Shown here: positions 12,103 to 25,146 of the stretch, in pieces
Layout of the letters: every line of letters starts with the position of its first letter
Numbering within the stretch: position 1 is the first letter of the stretch
Source: Phoronis australis
Taxonomy: Eukaryota; Animalia; Phoronida
Reading direction: 5' to 3'
Assembly: GCA_002633005.1 (NCBI GenBank)
Contig: NMRA01000003.1
Span: 1,029,452-1,093,451, forward strand
DNA: 64,000 nt
Program-made: the position numbers and the translations under genes
The notes under the pieces: model-generated
Told to the model about the DNA's origin: nothing
Database searches by the model: none
Seen by the model: the letters and a program-made list of their open reading frames with translations, nothing else

Positions 12103-13599
12103 GTAAGTGTTGGTCTCTTGAATTCGTAAGTCTTTGTTTTACGAATGTTCAGCTACTTTTATTAGCAAAGGGCAAAACGACGAGTCACCGTGCTGCAATT
12201 TCTAGTATCTATGGAAAACGCCAACCGCGTTGCCGTTAGTCGTTACTGTTCTGTTGGCGTGAAATATTTTAAAAACGGAGTTAAAAACCAAATTCCACGG
12301 CGCCGGTGTAATGTGGTTGGAGTGGTTTATTCTTAAAATAGATTTGGCTCATCATGTTTATCTTATTTTGATTGTTGTAAATATTGTTTTGAAATAGTGA
12401 GCATTGTGTAAATCTTATAATATTTCCTCGCTGCAAACGCAACTTAGCACTCTATTGTTTACGTTTTGCATCACGTGTGCGTCATATGTTCACGTGAGGA
12501 ATTCGTGATCAGCTGATCACAGAATAGTCTTCAGTTGTTGGTTATTGTTCTTGATGTAGGCTGTTTTATGCTGCCCTTTATTGCATTTCACCCAACCTTA
12601 TTATGAAACCAGTTTATTTCCCAATCAGTTATTAGCTGTTACCAGTTTTACAGGGAGTAAATTTCATTCTGAAAATCAAAATAAATTCATAGGTGTAGGC
12701 GGACTCTTGAAAATGTCCAAGTGTGACCAACTTCTGTGCATCATGCGTCATATCTCAGAAATAGTTGATCAGATCCATATGAAACTTTCAGATTCTATGC
12801 TTTAGTTGCATTGTTATCCAAAAATAATGTTCCATTTTTGTATGAGAGTCTATCAAAAATGGGACTTATATGATATTTATGATAAAGTTTTAAAGTTGCA
12901 TGCAAAAAATGTGTAAATCGGTGGAGTGTCACCAGCTCGAGTCGACTGTTCGTAGCTGATATTAGTTGCAGCGTTGTTTACTTTTTCACTTGTTCTAATC
13001 GCATACAAGAGAACCTGAGGGTGACAACTAATTAGAGAGTGAAACAAGAGAGAAGTAGACATATATTACATATTATGCGCTAAATATAAAAGACAAATCT
13101 TCTAATTCCCAACTCATCGTTAGCTTCCATTGTCATCTCTGCTTTGACAAAATAAACCAAAGAATATGTAAGCAAGAAAAATACACGGAAGAACATTAAA
13201 GTTCGATTTTTTTGAATTTTTGCATATCTATGGTTACTTGGCAGATTGCATGGTTTTGTCAAAAATCCAATTCTGTATTAAGTTCTATACTTTTGTAGAT
13301 ATTTAGTTAAATGTACAGAGTACAGACTTGTTGATAAGGTACATAACCTTAAACTCTAACTATAAAACTGCACAAAATGAAATATCGAAACTTATGAGTT
13401 GGAGTAAAAGTCAGGAGATTATAATTTGGCCCCAGATAAGTATGCTAACCCAGCAAACAGGAAGGACACAGTCACTGGCAATTGGCAATTCTTAATTAAA
13501 TGTTATATCAGGGAAATGAAAACCTCGGAAATCAATTTCTAAATTTTTTTAGAAAATTCATTTCAAATAAAATTGTTCCATTTTTAGATTCTAGTCATC

Positions 13600-13696
13600 A
13601 TGGCAACTGTTCCAAGCGCATGTGCATGTGAGGCAGTTCGCAGTGAACGGAGACGTGTTAGTCAACAGTTTAATTTGACCAAAGAAGACAAGTCTG
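13600..13696 (+). CDS. putative first coding exon of an unknown small gene
   Basis: Acceptor tttttag just upstream, ATG in good context (atcATGG), MATVPSACACEAVRSERRRVSQQFNLTKEDKS, donor G|GTATGT (phase 1). Confidence 0.45.
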
Positions 13697-13848
13697 GTAT
13701 GTACCTGAATTTGCAAACACTTACTGTTATCCACAGCTGTGTCATGTATTTTTTACAATGGATTAACAATAACAATTGTTACAGGAAAGCTAGTCGTTTT
13801 ACCTCATGATCCACACTGGTATTCTACCAAGCAGTGTACTTTTGTCAA

Positions 13849-14893
13849 TTTTTATACACCCACATATGTATGTGTGTGGGTGCATAATTGTCTTTATCTT
13901 TGTCTGAGTGTCCAATGTCCAGTCTTTGCTGCTGTATCTCATAAGCCTTTGCAGGATCTTAATGAAATTCATCAGATATATTTGGTCCTATGAAGCTGAG
14001 GACAGCTGTGACGAATTTCATACTAATTCGACCTCGGTTGCACTCTCTAGTGGTAATTTTAGATTTTTTGTATGTTAACCTCTGTATCTTCGTCCTTGAT
14101 TGATTTTCATGAAATTCGGCTAATAGATGACAAGGCCTTAATTCCCATTTTCTGGTGGATTTGACATTCTGCTTTGGCTATTTTTGAGTCCATTTTTGGC
14201 ATCCCCCTTTTTTTCACCGAAATAGTCCATGGATAATTATGAAAATTTGCAGATATGTTGCTGCCCTGAAGACTGCGGGTGTCATTGGTTTTTCAAACAA
14301 TTATTGTGGCGTCCCAATTTTGTTTTTTTTTGCATCTGTTTAATTTCTTGCAGGCTCTTTGTGAAAGTGTGCAAGTGTTTTTCTATGGATGTCACAAAAG
14401 TGACGATGACTTTCGGACTAACTACCGCTGTGCTGGCCCCCTAGTGACTTTAATGTTTACCTTTATGGAATTTTGTGAAGTTTGGCTGATAAGTTTCTGT
14501 TAGATAGACCTCAATGGCCTTCTGTTTTTGAACAAATTAGATGTATTCTGTGTCACGTATTTTTAGTCTGTTTTTACGTCAGCCTATCTATCTACCAAAT
14601 TGCTTGAACAGTCGTGAAGAAAATTGGCCGATGTTTTCCTGCTGACAGCAGCCATGACTAACATTGATTTTCCTACTGATCCGATTACTATAGCACTGCC
14701 CCTATTGGAATTTTTTGCATCCACAGCTGTATTTGCTGAACCAGTTGCAGGATCTTGTTCAAATACGAGAAGTACATTTCCTATGAATGGGGTAGCAAGA
14801 GGTGAGATTTTCTTTCGGACGGACCCGGCTACATCTGTGTCTTATGGTGGCATAGCATTTGCAGCGCATTTCAATGTTTTTCATTGATCTTGT
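13849..14893 (+). mobile_element. HINE/DINE-1-like element, copy 3, diverged, opposite orientation
   Basis: Begins tttttatacacccacatatgtatgtgtgtgggtgcat and ends gcgcatttcaatg...cattgatcttgtt, the reverse complement of the termini of the other copies. Confidence 0.7.
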
Positions 14894-14969
14894 TGTACTG
14901 TAGCTTGGAATAGATAATTCTTGCTTGAGCTCATATTTGTTGGATCTTAATATTGAAAACGTCTTCTAG

Positions 14970-15241
14970 GCTAGAGGAACCAGTGTCATTCTTTATCTAA
15001 ATTTTTATATCTCGTCAACTGTGAAGCTTCCCAGCATCGGACCTTAGTCGCTAAATTTCTGCTTGAGCACGGCAAGTTGCAGGGAAAAAAGGATGATGAG
15101 CCAACTAAATTAAGCCTGGTCTCAAGCAGTAAAAAACTATCTGTTCTTTCCAAACCCAGAAGTAAACTCTCATTATCCCTGGCTAAACTACCATCAGGCT
15201 TCAACAGGCTCAGCCATACATCCTATCAGTTCATTTTGTGA
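14970..15241 (+). pseudogene. possible exon of the unknown gene with an in-frame TAG
   Basis: Acceptor tcttctag; in phase 1 it reads G-GC TAG and then 88 open codons (RNQCHSLSKFLYLVNCEASQHRTLVAKFLLEHGKLQ...). Confidence 0.3.
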
Positions 15242-15531
15242 CTATACAAATTGCCTTTTTTGAATCACCATGCTAAGTTGTTTACTCATCTTTGGTTTAT
15301 GGGATAATATAAATGATATTACTGTCTGTGACTTCATTATTTTAATAATGTACAAGTTGGAACCATTTTTTTCTTGATGGAGGTCAAGGTTCAACCAACT
15401 GTAATAGTACCATCTGCAGTACTGAAGAGGACCCAGATATCTGTCCACCAGTTTTTTTTCAACTATTCAACTAATATTCAGCACCTGTATTGCCGTGGGA
15501 AAGTACTTTATGTCTGTCAACTCTGTTCCAG

Positions 15532-15683
15532 GTGCTGGGGCACTTCAACCAAGTCCATCATTTGGATCTTCAGTGATTGGTGGCCTAAATAACTTCTACA
15601 ATAGACTCGTGGGAACCTTTTCAACCAATACTCAAACAGCCAGTACGACAAGTCTTCCAGTGAAAGCCTCAACTGAGGAATAA
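15532..15683 (+). CDS. putative last coding exon of the unknown gene
   Basis: Good acceptor ctctgttccag, phase 1 compatible with 13600-13696, open to TAA (AGALQPSPSFGSSVIGGLNNFYNRLVGTFSTNTQTASTTSLPVKASTEE). Confidence 0.4.
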
Positions 15684-16113
15684 CATGCGAACATGCACCT
15701 GCTGAACTACTATTACACCTCAGGAACTAGACTCTTCCATTCGTTTGTGCTACCAATGTTGTTAAGATATTAGTGAATACATATCGTTGTGCCAAAACAT
15801 GACATTTTTATCTTTTGTACGCCATGAATTGCGTGATTTTCAAGTATACATTAGCTGAAGCTTTGCATCAGACACTTATGACACCTTGCAGAGTTTGATT
15901 GAGCACTTTATTTGTGTCCACAAATTGGCTGTTTACTGGTTGTCTTTATGCAAGATGTAGTGTCAGTGGTTACTGGTTGTCTTTATGATGTAGTGTCAGC
16001 TAAAAGCACCTAAGTCTAAGTCGGATGCTGATTTTTATGTAACACGAGTCCACCATGACCGTGTTTTATCTCTGGCAGTTATGGACTGTATCAGTAATCA
16101 GTCAATAGTGTAT

Positions 16114-16239
16114 AGGGGCAGATCCAGGATTTTTTAAAACAGGGGTCCAAGTCAAAAATTAGGAAATTTCAGATTTGATATCACTAAAATCAAAGGAAAA
16201 TGGGGGTCCAGATGTCTTGAGCCCCTGGATTTGCCTATG
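16114..16239. mobile_element. small MITE
   Basis: Imperfect TIRs aggggcagatccagg ... cctggatttgcctatg. Confidence 0.5.
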
Positions 16240-16817
16240 ATGTATGTAGTCTCCAAGTATTAGTTCATGCTATTGCCTATTTAACTACATGATAGATATT
16301 TTGAGCAGGGTATGTTTTTTGGTAGTAAAACATGTTGCATATCAAACTCTGGTTGTGTGGGTTTATTGGTTCGATTTATAGGCAATTATGTTATAAAGTG
16401 GAATTGTTCGGGCTGGCAGATTTAATGTAGACGGATTAGAAATACAGTTAATACTGAATACCGGTATGTGTAAAAACACAGAAGCGTGATGAACAATACG
16501 GTAGTTTTCAAAATACATGATGACTTTTGTTGAAGTTAAGGAGAGAACCAGAAGGAAAATCTGACAAAATGTAACACTAAGTTATGTGAAAATTAGCAGG
16601 ATAACTTTGGTGTGTAATTTTTGTTGAAAACTTTTTTGAAAACTACTGTGGCGTTACTAGGTGCAATGTATTACTAAGTGTTTGTGTTTAGATCATTATT
16701 AGTTCCCACAATGGGGCAGCATAACTAACCCGTTCAATTAACATCATTTGTGTCGTAAGTCACTTCAACTTTTGGCCAGGCACAACTGACACGGAGCAAA
16801 TTGATCTGTGTCAAGCA

Positions 16818-17140
16818 GCCGTTTACACACACAACTCACTGTTTGTGGCAAGACGGAAGTTGTATGTTGGAGAGTGGAAGGCACATGCGCAGGCTTACAA
16901 ATGGCAGGAGTTGTATGTAGGTCATTGCACAAGAGCAGTAGAGATGATCCTTTCCGCCTTGCCTCAGTTTTGGGTTTAGACATATAACTGACACGGAGCA
17001 AGATGATCGAGCGCAACGGGTGGCAAAAGTTGTCACCGCGGTGTCAATTTGGTCCAGGTCAGTCCTGTTTGCACACATGCCCTAGAACATCTCGTTCCAT
17101 GTCAGCTGATCGGTGTCAAGTTTTGTAGTGTAAACGGCAC
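16818..17140. mobile_element. MITE, PIF/Harbinger-like family (relatives at 44680-45075 and 58354-58746)
   Basis: TIR gccgtttacac ... gtgtaaacggc; shares internal motifs (actgacacggagcaa) with two other copies. Confidence 0.55.
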
Positions 17141-17271
17141 TATTTACTTTTTCTGGTTATGCAACAAATTAGAAATGAGCTTTCACTTTATTTTCACATG
17201 CGGAGAAGCAAACAATATCAGATTCCTCTTTTTTGAACAATTTTCAACTTACTCGCTCAATTTGGCATAAT

Positions 17272-17298
17272 AGTAATAATAATAATAATAATAATAAT
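17272..17298. repeat. (AAT)n microsatellite
   Basis: Direct reading. Confidence 0.9.
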
Positions 17299-18867
17299 GC
17301 AACCTCAATTGCATGTTAAATGCATTGTAGCGTGAATTGAAAACTGTTGAAAAAAAGAGTCACCAGGCCCTAAAGGTATGCTTTCCAATTGTTGAGCAGT
17401 CTATTTATATTTAAGTGCTCTAATATCCCCAAATGAGCACGATAAACGAAATCTCCATAGACTACTGTATTTAAACAGGCCACAGAATTTTATTTATTGT
17501 TTGTTTAAAACTTTTATTATTTATCCTAAAACAGAGTTTCTAAAAACTTTATTACTTTCACATTCATTTGTTCTCTATTTTACCGACGTTGTAAACCTAA
17601 TTTTTGCCAAATATATATTACATTTGTTGTTCTTTATGTGTTTTGTTCTTGTCATTCCAACTCACAATATCATACTGTCTATTAATCCATTGCTTTACCA
17701 TTTTAGAATTTGGGAAATTTCCATAGGTCAGCTGCTGTAGTGCCCCCAAAACAGCATTTCTGTTGCATTTTCGTCACTCGTGTGCAACAGCAGTCAGTAA
17801 TCACAATTACAGTCTCGTAATACTTACACAAAGTACTAATTAGTATAATATATTTCTCTGTGATGCACCACTTTTGGTCATCCAAATCTTCAGGTGACAT
17901 GCGATGCTCATAATTAATACAACTGCAAATGATGGTTCTCCTGTTTTTCATTTTGTGATATGTAGCATTTTTAGTAAAGAAAGTTAAAATGTTGGTCAGT
18001 ATCATCTCTTAGGACTTTAACATATCCTGAATCTTCAAGCATAAAAGAGACAAGTTACAAACATGCCATTGAACTAGCAAATCACTTCAACCAAAATTTA
18101 TTTCTTTCACACCAGGATTTTTATTGTTATCAATTAATCCCAAGTTGTTTCTGCGACTAACAAAGTTTCCAAGCTGACATGACTTGCATATATTTGTTTC
18201 AACATCAAAATTATGACAAATAATCCACAAATAGCGATATGAGAAAGCCTTATGCTTTTATGTCTAGTATTATAAATCAAGAGAACATATGACTAACAAT
18301 AACAATAAGGAATCAGTTTCCTACAAATTTCTCATGATCGAAAATTTTGCATGATTTTAGTATCAAATGTTGTTTCGGTGATATTACTCAAAACTAGTTT
18401 TGTTCGCAGTTATTGCAACACCTTCCAAGAGAGATAAAAGGATTGTTTAGCCATATATTTATATTAGTCAAAACTAGTGCTGTAGTTTGAGAGTGACGGT
18501 ATTTTCTCTCAACAATGGTTGATTTTAACACAGAACACAAACTTTACTCCAAATAATTGAGGATTAGAATTGTTTTGTTCCAAAGATTTTGGTGATCTAG
18601 AGGCAGTTACCGGTTGGTAACCTAAAGCAGCATTAAGTATCTTTACAAGGAAAAAAAATTGATGAGCGAATGTTCTAATCTGGAAGGATGCACCATCGCA
18701 AGATGATGTATACAGAGAGGCAGCTGTACTCTTCACCTTAATAAATGACATTGATGGATAACATCAAACGTTATCTTCTACCACAAACATTTTTAAGTCT
18801 GGTATACATGTCACCAGTTGGCCACATCACGTGACCTAATGAGCATACCATAAGTCCAAAAAGATTT

Positions 18868-18940
18868 CTGCCCCTGACCGGGACTCAAACTCACAAACTT
18901 CTGCTATCCGTGCAGACACTCCAGCTGCTGAGCCATCAAG
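18868..18940 (-). mobile_element. tRNA-derived SINE head fragment
   Basis: Minus strand shows A-box-like TGGCTCAGCAGCTGG and B-box-like GAGTTTGAGTCCCGGTC; cloverleaf is degenerate. Confidence 0.4.
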
Positions 18941-19148
18941 ACCACCGTTCACAATCAGACTTAGCAGTGGGCATCCCGCCCATGAACTCATGAGTATATA
19001 TTATGTAAATCTTGAATCGATGTGTCTTCTACCATTAATATATAGCCACAGGGCCCTTCAAGAAGGCTCCAGCACTTCTCTTACAATCGCTGCCATTTTT
19101 AGACATTCCGCAAGGGTGTGGTCAACATTTAGTTACAACAATCTGTCG

Positions 19149-19263
19149 CTACATTGAGTTTTCCGTTTTCATTTGCTTTTTGCGTATACCAGTTCGTCTG
19201 AAGAAGGAGCGTTCATGTAAATATTCTTTTGTGCACTGTTCCCTGAACTCTGGGTCTTCATAC
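19149..19263 (-). CDS. CMC1: CMC1 last coding exon
   Basis: YEDPEFREQCTKEYLHERSFFRRTGIRKKQMKTENSM*; resembles the CMC1 C-terminus (DPxF.EEC..EYL.ER..FR.TGI). Confidence 0.9.
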
Positions 19264-19879
19264 CTATATATAAAACAAGTAAAATGTGATGAGAAGGAAT
19301 ATTTTACGGAGTTGTGTTGAAAATACGAGCCCAGTAAATCTCTCAAACTGTGAACATGTTCATGGCCATCAGAAACAAAATATAAGCTCATATGCTACAC
19401 ATAGTTGAGTACAAGCGCTCATCAAATTAATTGGCGAGAACAGATATTGAGACAGAAATGGCCGATTGGATTCATATGGATCTTTTACATATTCTGATTT
19501 ATGTGTTGTTCTCCAAAGTGTTGAGGAATTGTTTGTAAAATGTTCCACTTTTGCATGAGTGACTATGAAAACAAGAACTCATGAATTACATGAAACAAAT
19601 CAAAAGTTTAACAGAATGAAAACAGAATGATATCTTAGAAAACTTTAACAGCATTTTTAAGATTCCATCCTGAACATTTTACATGAAATTTGGCCATGGT
19701 TTTGAAACTGCTGTTTTGCTAAAAATGGGCCTAGTTTTTTTTACATAATTTTACTAAAGACATGATCACATGACACAACTAATGGTAGATTAGTATTAAT
19801 TTACTTCAGAAAATACGGAGTTTGTATAAATATCTAGGCGAGTGCACAGAACTCATTTTTACACATTTAGTTTCAAACT

Positions 19880-20078
19880 CAGAACAACAAATATTACAAA
19901 CACAATTGCTGAGGTATACAGAACAACAAACATTACAAACACAATTGCTGAGGTATACAGAACAACAAACATTACAGACACAATTGCTGAGGTATACAGA
20001 ACAACAAACATTACAAACACAATTGCTGAGGTATACAGAACAACAAACATTACAAACACAATTGCTGAGGTATACAGA
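19880..20078. repeat. 39-bp minisatellite, 5 copies
   Basis: Unit cagaacaacaaacattacaaacacaattgctgaggtata. Confidence 0.95.
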
Positions 20079-20092
20079 TAAAATCAATTAGA

Positions 20093-21862
20093 ACAAGAGC
20101 AACGCGGAGTGTTGAAATGCGCCCACGAATGAATCGCAAATGGTGTGCTTTTAGGGTTGTATATTTGTGTCATAGAAATGGCCACTAGATGGCGCAAAAA
20201 TGTACAATCCATCCGAAAACGGAACATGTCATTCCTTCTTTAATAGAAAGCTAAACACTAAATTTCATAGAAATCTGTCACGGAACAAACGAAAACTGAA
20301 TAAAATGAAATTGCCACTAGGGGGCACATTTTTCATTGGATAAGCCTGAAAGAAAGTCGTCATTGTCTGTTGTTAGCTTCATATAAATACACTTACTAAT
20401 TAAATTTAATAAAGATCCTGTTGTGGGTTTAGGAAATACAGCTATGGGCGCAAAACAAAACAAAACTACCCCTAGGAGGCGCCACAGTAGTCAAAGATGT
20501 CATCGTCAACCTTCCTCTTCACACTGAGAACCTATACGCGAATTTTCAAAACCATCCCAAGAATGATTTGGTTGATAGAGGGGTAGAGGCCAAAAAACAG
20601 ACTCGAAAACTGCAAAAATGGCCAAATAGGAGGATAGCGTCATCTCTCCAATAGATGCCCGTATTCAAAATTTTATGAAAAGCCGTTGAGGACCTTTGAT
20701 GATACAGAGGTAAATGTAAAACTAAAATTGCCACCAGGGGGCACACCAGTAGTCATATCCATCCGAAAATCGTCGTCATCCGTTATAAACATCATATAAA
20801 CACACCTGTTAAATCTAGTGAAGATTCTGCTAACGGTTTAGGAGACACAGCCATGGGTGCAAAAAACGAAACTGCCACTAGAAGGCGCCACAGTAGTCGA
20901 AGTCATCAGAAAATCATCGCCACCGTCCACTTCATAGTAAAAACATACATGACAATTTCCACAATTATCCTGAGAGTGGTTTGGTTGATAGAGGGATGGA
21001 TGCCAAAAAACAGACTCAAAAACAGTAAATATGGCCACTAGGTGGCGTAAACTAGGTCGAATCCATCTGAAAACGGAAAGATAGCGTCACCTCACTAACA
21101 GAAGCCTGTACACCAAATTTTATGAAAATATGTTGAGGACCTTTGAAGATACAGAGATAAATGTAAAAAAATAAATTGCCACTAGGTGGCACACTTGTAG
21201 TCAGGTCTGTCCGAAAGTCGTCGTCGTTGTCCGTTGTCATCATCATATAAATGCACTTACTAAATTTAGTAAAGATCCTGCAAACGGTTTAGGAGATATA
21301 GCCATAAGTGCAAAAAAACAAAACTGCGACAAGGAGGCGCCACAGTAGTCGAAGTCATCGGAAAATCATCGTCAACCATCCTCTTTATAGTAAGAACATA
21401 CATACCAATTTTCACAATCATGCTTAGAGCGGTTTGGTTGATAGAAGGATGGATGCTAAAAACAGACTCAAAAACAGTAAAAATGGCCACTAGGTGGCGC
21501 AAACTACGTCGATTCCAACCGAAAACAAGAGGATATCGCCATCTCACTAATAGATGCCTATATACTAAATTTTGTGAAAATATGTTGAGGACCTTTGAAG
21601 ATACAGAGGTAAACGTAAAAAATTAAAATTGCCACTAGGGGGCACATCGATATTCGGATTCTTTCCGAAAGTTCGCTCTTGCCATCCCATCCATGAAAGG
21701 AACGCATGTGCAAAATTTCATGAACATATGTCAATCGGTTTTGGAGATAGAGCAGCGGACGCCAGACGGATAGACGCCAGACGCCGGACGGACGGCGGAT
21801 AGATGGACAGACAGAGATGACGGCATGATGAGTCCACATATAAATATGTGGGCGCATAAAAA
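20093..21862 (-). mobile_element. HINE/DINE-1-like element, copy 4
   Basis: Same termini, GACG/GGAC microsatellite and internal subunits as copy 1. Confidence 0.8.
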
Positions 21863-22714
21863 GTAAATATACATGTGAGAATGAAAAATCAGTCTTCTGT
21901 TACAAAAAGAATGAGGTTAGTGATTGTAGCAATTACAGGGTTCCACCTATCCTCCAATTGTTGGCTTTTCATAGTTATAAAGTTAAGTACAATAAAAGTC
22001 TTATTGAAAAGTTCCCTCCAAAGCAAGTTAAGAGATTACCAAGAGGAGAATTAGTCTCCTACAGTTCACATCTTGACTTGGAATTACTAATGATGAAAAA
22101 GAGAAAAACGTTCCAGGTGACACGTCATTGCACAAATAAATAAGCTTGTGCAATAGGAATACTTTTTGTTGTAAAATTTAACTGAAATAAACGTATTTAA
22201 ATCCATTTAAAAGAAAAAAAATCCCATACATTGCAATACAATAAGTTATAAGATTATTTCAAATTTTACTCAATGACGTCAAATACACCAAACAAAATAG
22301 CTTTGATATTTAGTATGTTAAAAGACAAAAGCCAGCAGCCAATGGATTGCCAATAAAGTTATGTCCCTCGACAAGAACTGGATTATGTCATCAGCTGACT
22401 GTTTTCAAAAAGAACGGAGACCCGAATCCACATTTTAGTATGGTGTCCATTGAAAATTAACAGGAAAACATAAATATGCCTTTCTCCACCAACCAACATC
22501 TAGACTGGGTTTGTTTAGCAACAACTCCAACAGAAGACTCAAGAGTCAGCCTTTTAATTTCTTTTTTGAAAAATATTTTATATAAAAGCCGCATGCATTT
22601 GTTACACCATACCAGGTCAAAAAGTGGTTTTCTGACATTGGGATGAATAATTTCAAAAGCATGGTGTGTAATATCTTTCCAATAGAGAGTTCTTGATAAG
22701 GTCCTACAGATTAC

Positions 22715-23007
22715 ACTGTTTCCATATGACAACACCGATGCACTATGCCAGGATGTTCAGACAGATATAACAGATCTAAGTTTATACTGTTTCCACATGA
22801 CAATACCGATGCACTATGCCAGGATGTTCAGACAGATATAACAGATCTAAGTTTATACTGTTTCCACATGACAATACCGATGCACTATGCCAGGATGTTC
22901 AGACAGATATAACAGATCTAAGTTTATACTGTTTCCACATGACAATACCGATGCACTATGCCAGGATGTTCAGACAGATATAACAGATCTAAGTTTATAC
23001 TGTTTCC
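22715..23007. repeat. 71-bp minisatellite, about 4 copies, ending at the N
   Basis: Unit ctgtttccacatgacaataccgatgcactatgccaggatgttcagacagatataacagatctaagtttata. Confidence 0.9.
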
Positions 23008-23017
23008 NTCAATTAGA

Positions 23018-23950
23018 ACAAGAGCAACGCGGAGTGTTGAAATGCGCCCACGAATGAATCGCAAATGGTATGCTTTTAGGGTTGTTTATTTGTGTCATAG
23101 AAATGGCCACTAGATGGCGCAAAAATGTACAATGCATCCGAAAACGGAACATGTCATTGCTTCTTTAATAGAAAGCTAAACAATAAATTTCATAGAAATC
23201 TGTCACGGAACTTCAGAGAAACAAACGAAAACTGAATAAAATAAAATTGCCACTAGGGGGCACTCTTTTGATTGGATAAGCCTGAAAGTCGTCATTGTCT
23301 GTTGTTAGCTTCATATAAATACACTTACTAATTAAATTTAATAAAGATCCTGCAGTGGGTTACTAAACTTAGTAAAGATCCTGCAAACGGTTTAGGAGAT
23401 ATAGCCATAGGTGCAAAAAAACAAAACTGCCACAAGGAGGCGCCAGAGTAGTCAAAGTCATCGGAAAATCATCGTCAACCGTTCTCTTTATAGTAAGAAC
23501 ATACATACCAATTTTCACAATCATGCTTAAAGCAGTTTGGTTGACAGAAGGGTGGACGCTAAAAACAGACTCAAAAACAGTAAAAATGGCCACTAGGTGA
23601 TGCAAACTACGTCGATTCCAACCGAAAACAAGAGGATACCGCCGTCTCACTAATTGATGCCTATATACTAAATTTTGTGAAAATATGCTGAGGATCTTTG
23701 AAGATACAGAGGTAAACGTAAAAAATTAAAATTGCCACAAGGGGGCACACCGATATTCGGATTCGTCCGAAAGTTGGCTCTTGCCGTCCAATCCATGAAA
23801 GGAACGCATGTGCAAAATTTCATGAACATATGTCAATCGGTTTTGGAGATAGAGCAGCGGACGCCAGACGGATGGACGCCAGACGGACGGATGGACAGAC
23901 AGGGATGACGGCATAATGTGTCCACATATAAATATGTGGGCGCATAAAAA
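23018..23950 (-). mobile_element. HINE/DINE-1-like element, copy 5 (shorter duplicate or allele of copy 4)
   Basis: Same termini and same flanking sequence as copy 4, with about 840 bp less internal array. Confidence 0.8.
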
Positions 23951-24817
23951 GTACATATACATGTGAGAATGAAAAATCAGTCTTCTGTTACAAAACGAGT
24001 GAGGTTAGTGACTGTAGCAATTACAGGGTTCCATCTATTCTCCAATTGTTGGCTTTTCATAGTTTTAAAGTTAAGTACAATAAAAGTCTAATTGAAAAGT
24101 TCCCTCCAAAGCAAGTTAAGAGATTACCAAGAGGAGAATTAGTCTTCTACAGTTCACATCAGGACTTGGATAGTTGGAATTACTAATGATGAAAAAGAGA
24201 AAAACTTTCCAGGTGACACATCATTGCACAAATAAATAAGCTTGTGCAATAGGAATACATTTGTTGTAAAATTTAACTGAAATAAACGTATTTAATTCCA
24301 TTTAAAAGAAAAAAAAATCCCATACATTGCAATACAATAAGTTATAAGATTATTTCAAATTTTACTCAATGACGTCAAATACACCAAACAAAATAGCTTT
24401 GATATTTAGTATGTTAAAAGACAAAAGCCAGCTGCCAATGGATTGCCAATAAAGTTATGTCCCTTGACAAGAACTGGATTATGTCATCAGCTGACTGTTT
24501 TCAAAAAGAACGGAGACCCGAATCCACATTTTAGTTTGGTGTCCATTGAAAATTAACAGGAAAACATAGGTAAATATGCCTTTCTCCACCAACCAACATC
24601 TAGACTGGGTTTGTTTAGCAGCAACTCCAACAGAAGACTCAAGAGTCAGCCTTTTAATTTCTTTTTTGAAAAGTATTTTATATAAAAGCCGCATGCATTT
24701 GTTACACCATGCCAGGTCAAAAAGTGGTTTTCTGACATTGGGATGAATAATTTCAAAAGCATGGTGTGTAATATCTTTCCAATAGCAGAGAGTTCTTGAT
24801 AAGGTCCTACAGATTAC

Positions 24818-25051
24818 ACTGTTTCCACATGACAATACCTATGCATCATGCCAAGATGTTCAGACAGATATAACAGATCTAAGTTTATACTGTTTCCACA
24901 TGACAATACCTATGTATCATGCCAAGATGTTCAGACAGATATAACAGATCCAAGTTTATACGGTTTCCACATGACAATACCTATGTATCATGCCAGGATG
25001 TTGAGACAGATATAACAGATCTAAGTTTATACTGTTTCCACATGACAATAC
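24818..25051. repeat. 71-bp minisatellite, about 3.3 copies, abutting the CMC1 exon 3 donor
   Basis: Same unit as 22715-23007. Confidence 0.9.
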
Positions 25052-25055
25052 TCAC

Positions 25056-25146
25056 GCATTTGATAAACAGACTCTTAATACTTCGCTTTGCTTTCGACAC
25101 ACGAAAGGAAGTGAAAGTGTTCTGCCTCTGGCACAGTCAGCAAACT
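25056..25146 (-). CDS. CMC1: CMC1 coding exon 3
   Basis: FADCARGRTLSLPFVCRKQSEVLRVCLSN; completes the twin CX9C (C-AQEVKEFAD-C, C-RKQSEVLRV-C). Confidence 0.9.

Noticed and set aside
12471-12497. Two CACGTG E-boxes near the WDR48 promoter
   Set aside because: Six-mers are too short to support a call without conservation or chromatin data.
19806-20091. Repetitive Cys-rich and Gln/Thr-rich ORFs on both strands
   Set aside because: By-product of a 39-bp (multiple of 3) intronic minisatellite; no splice or homology support.
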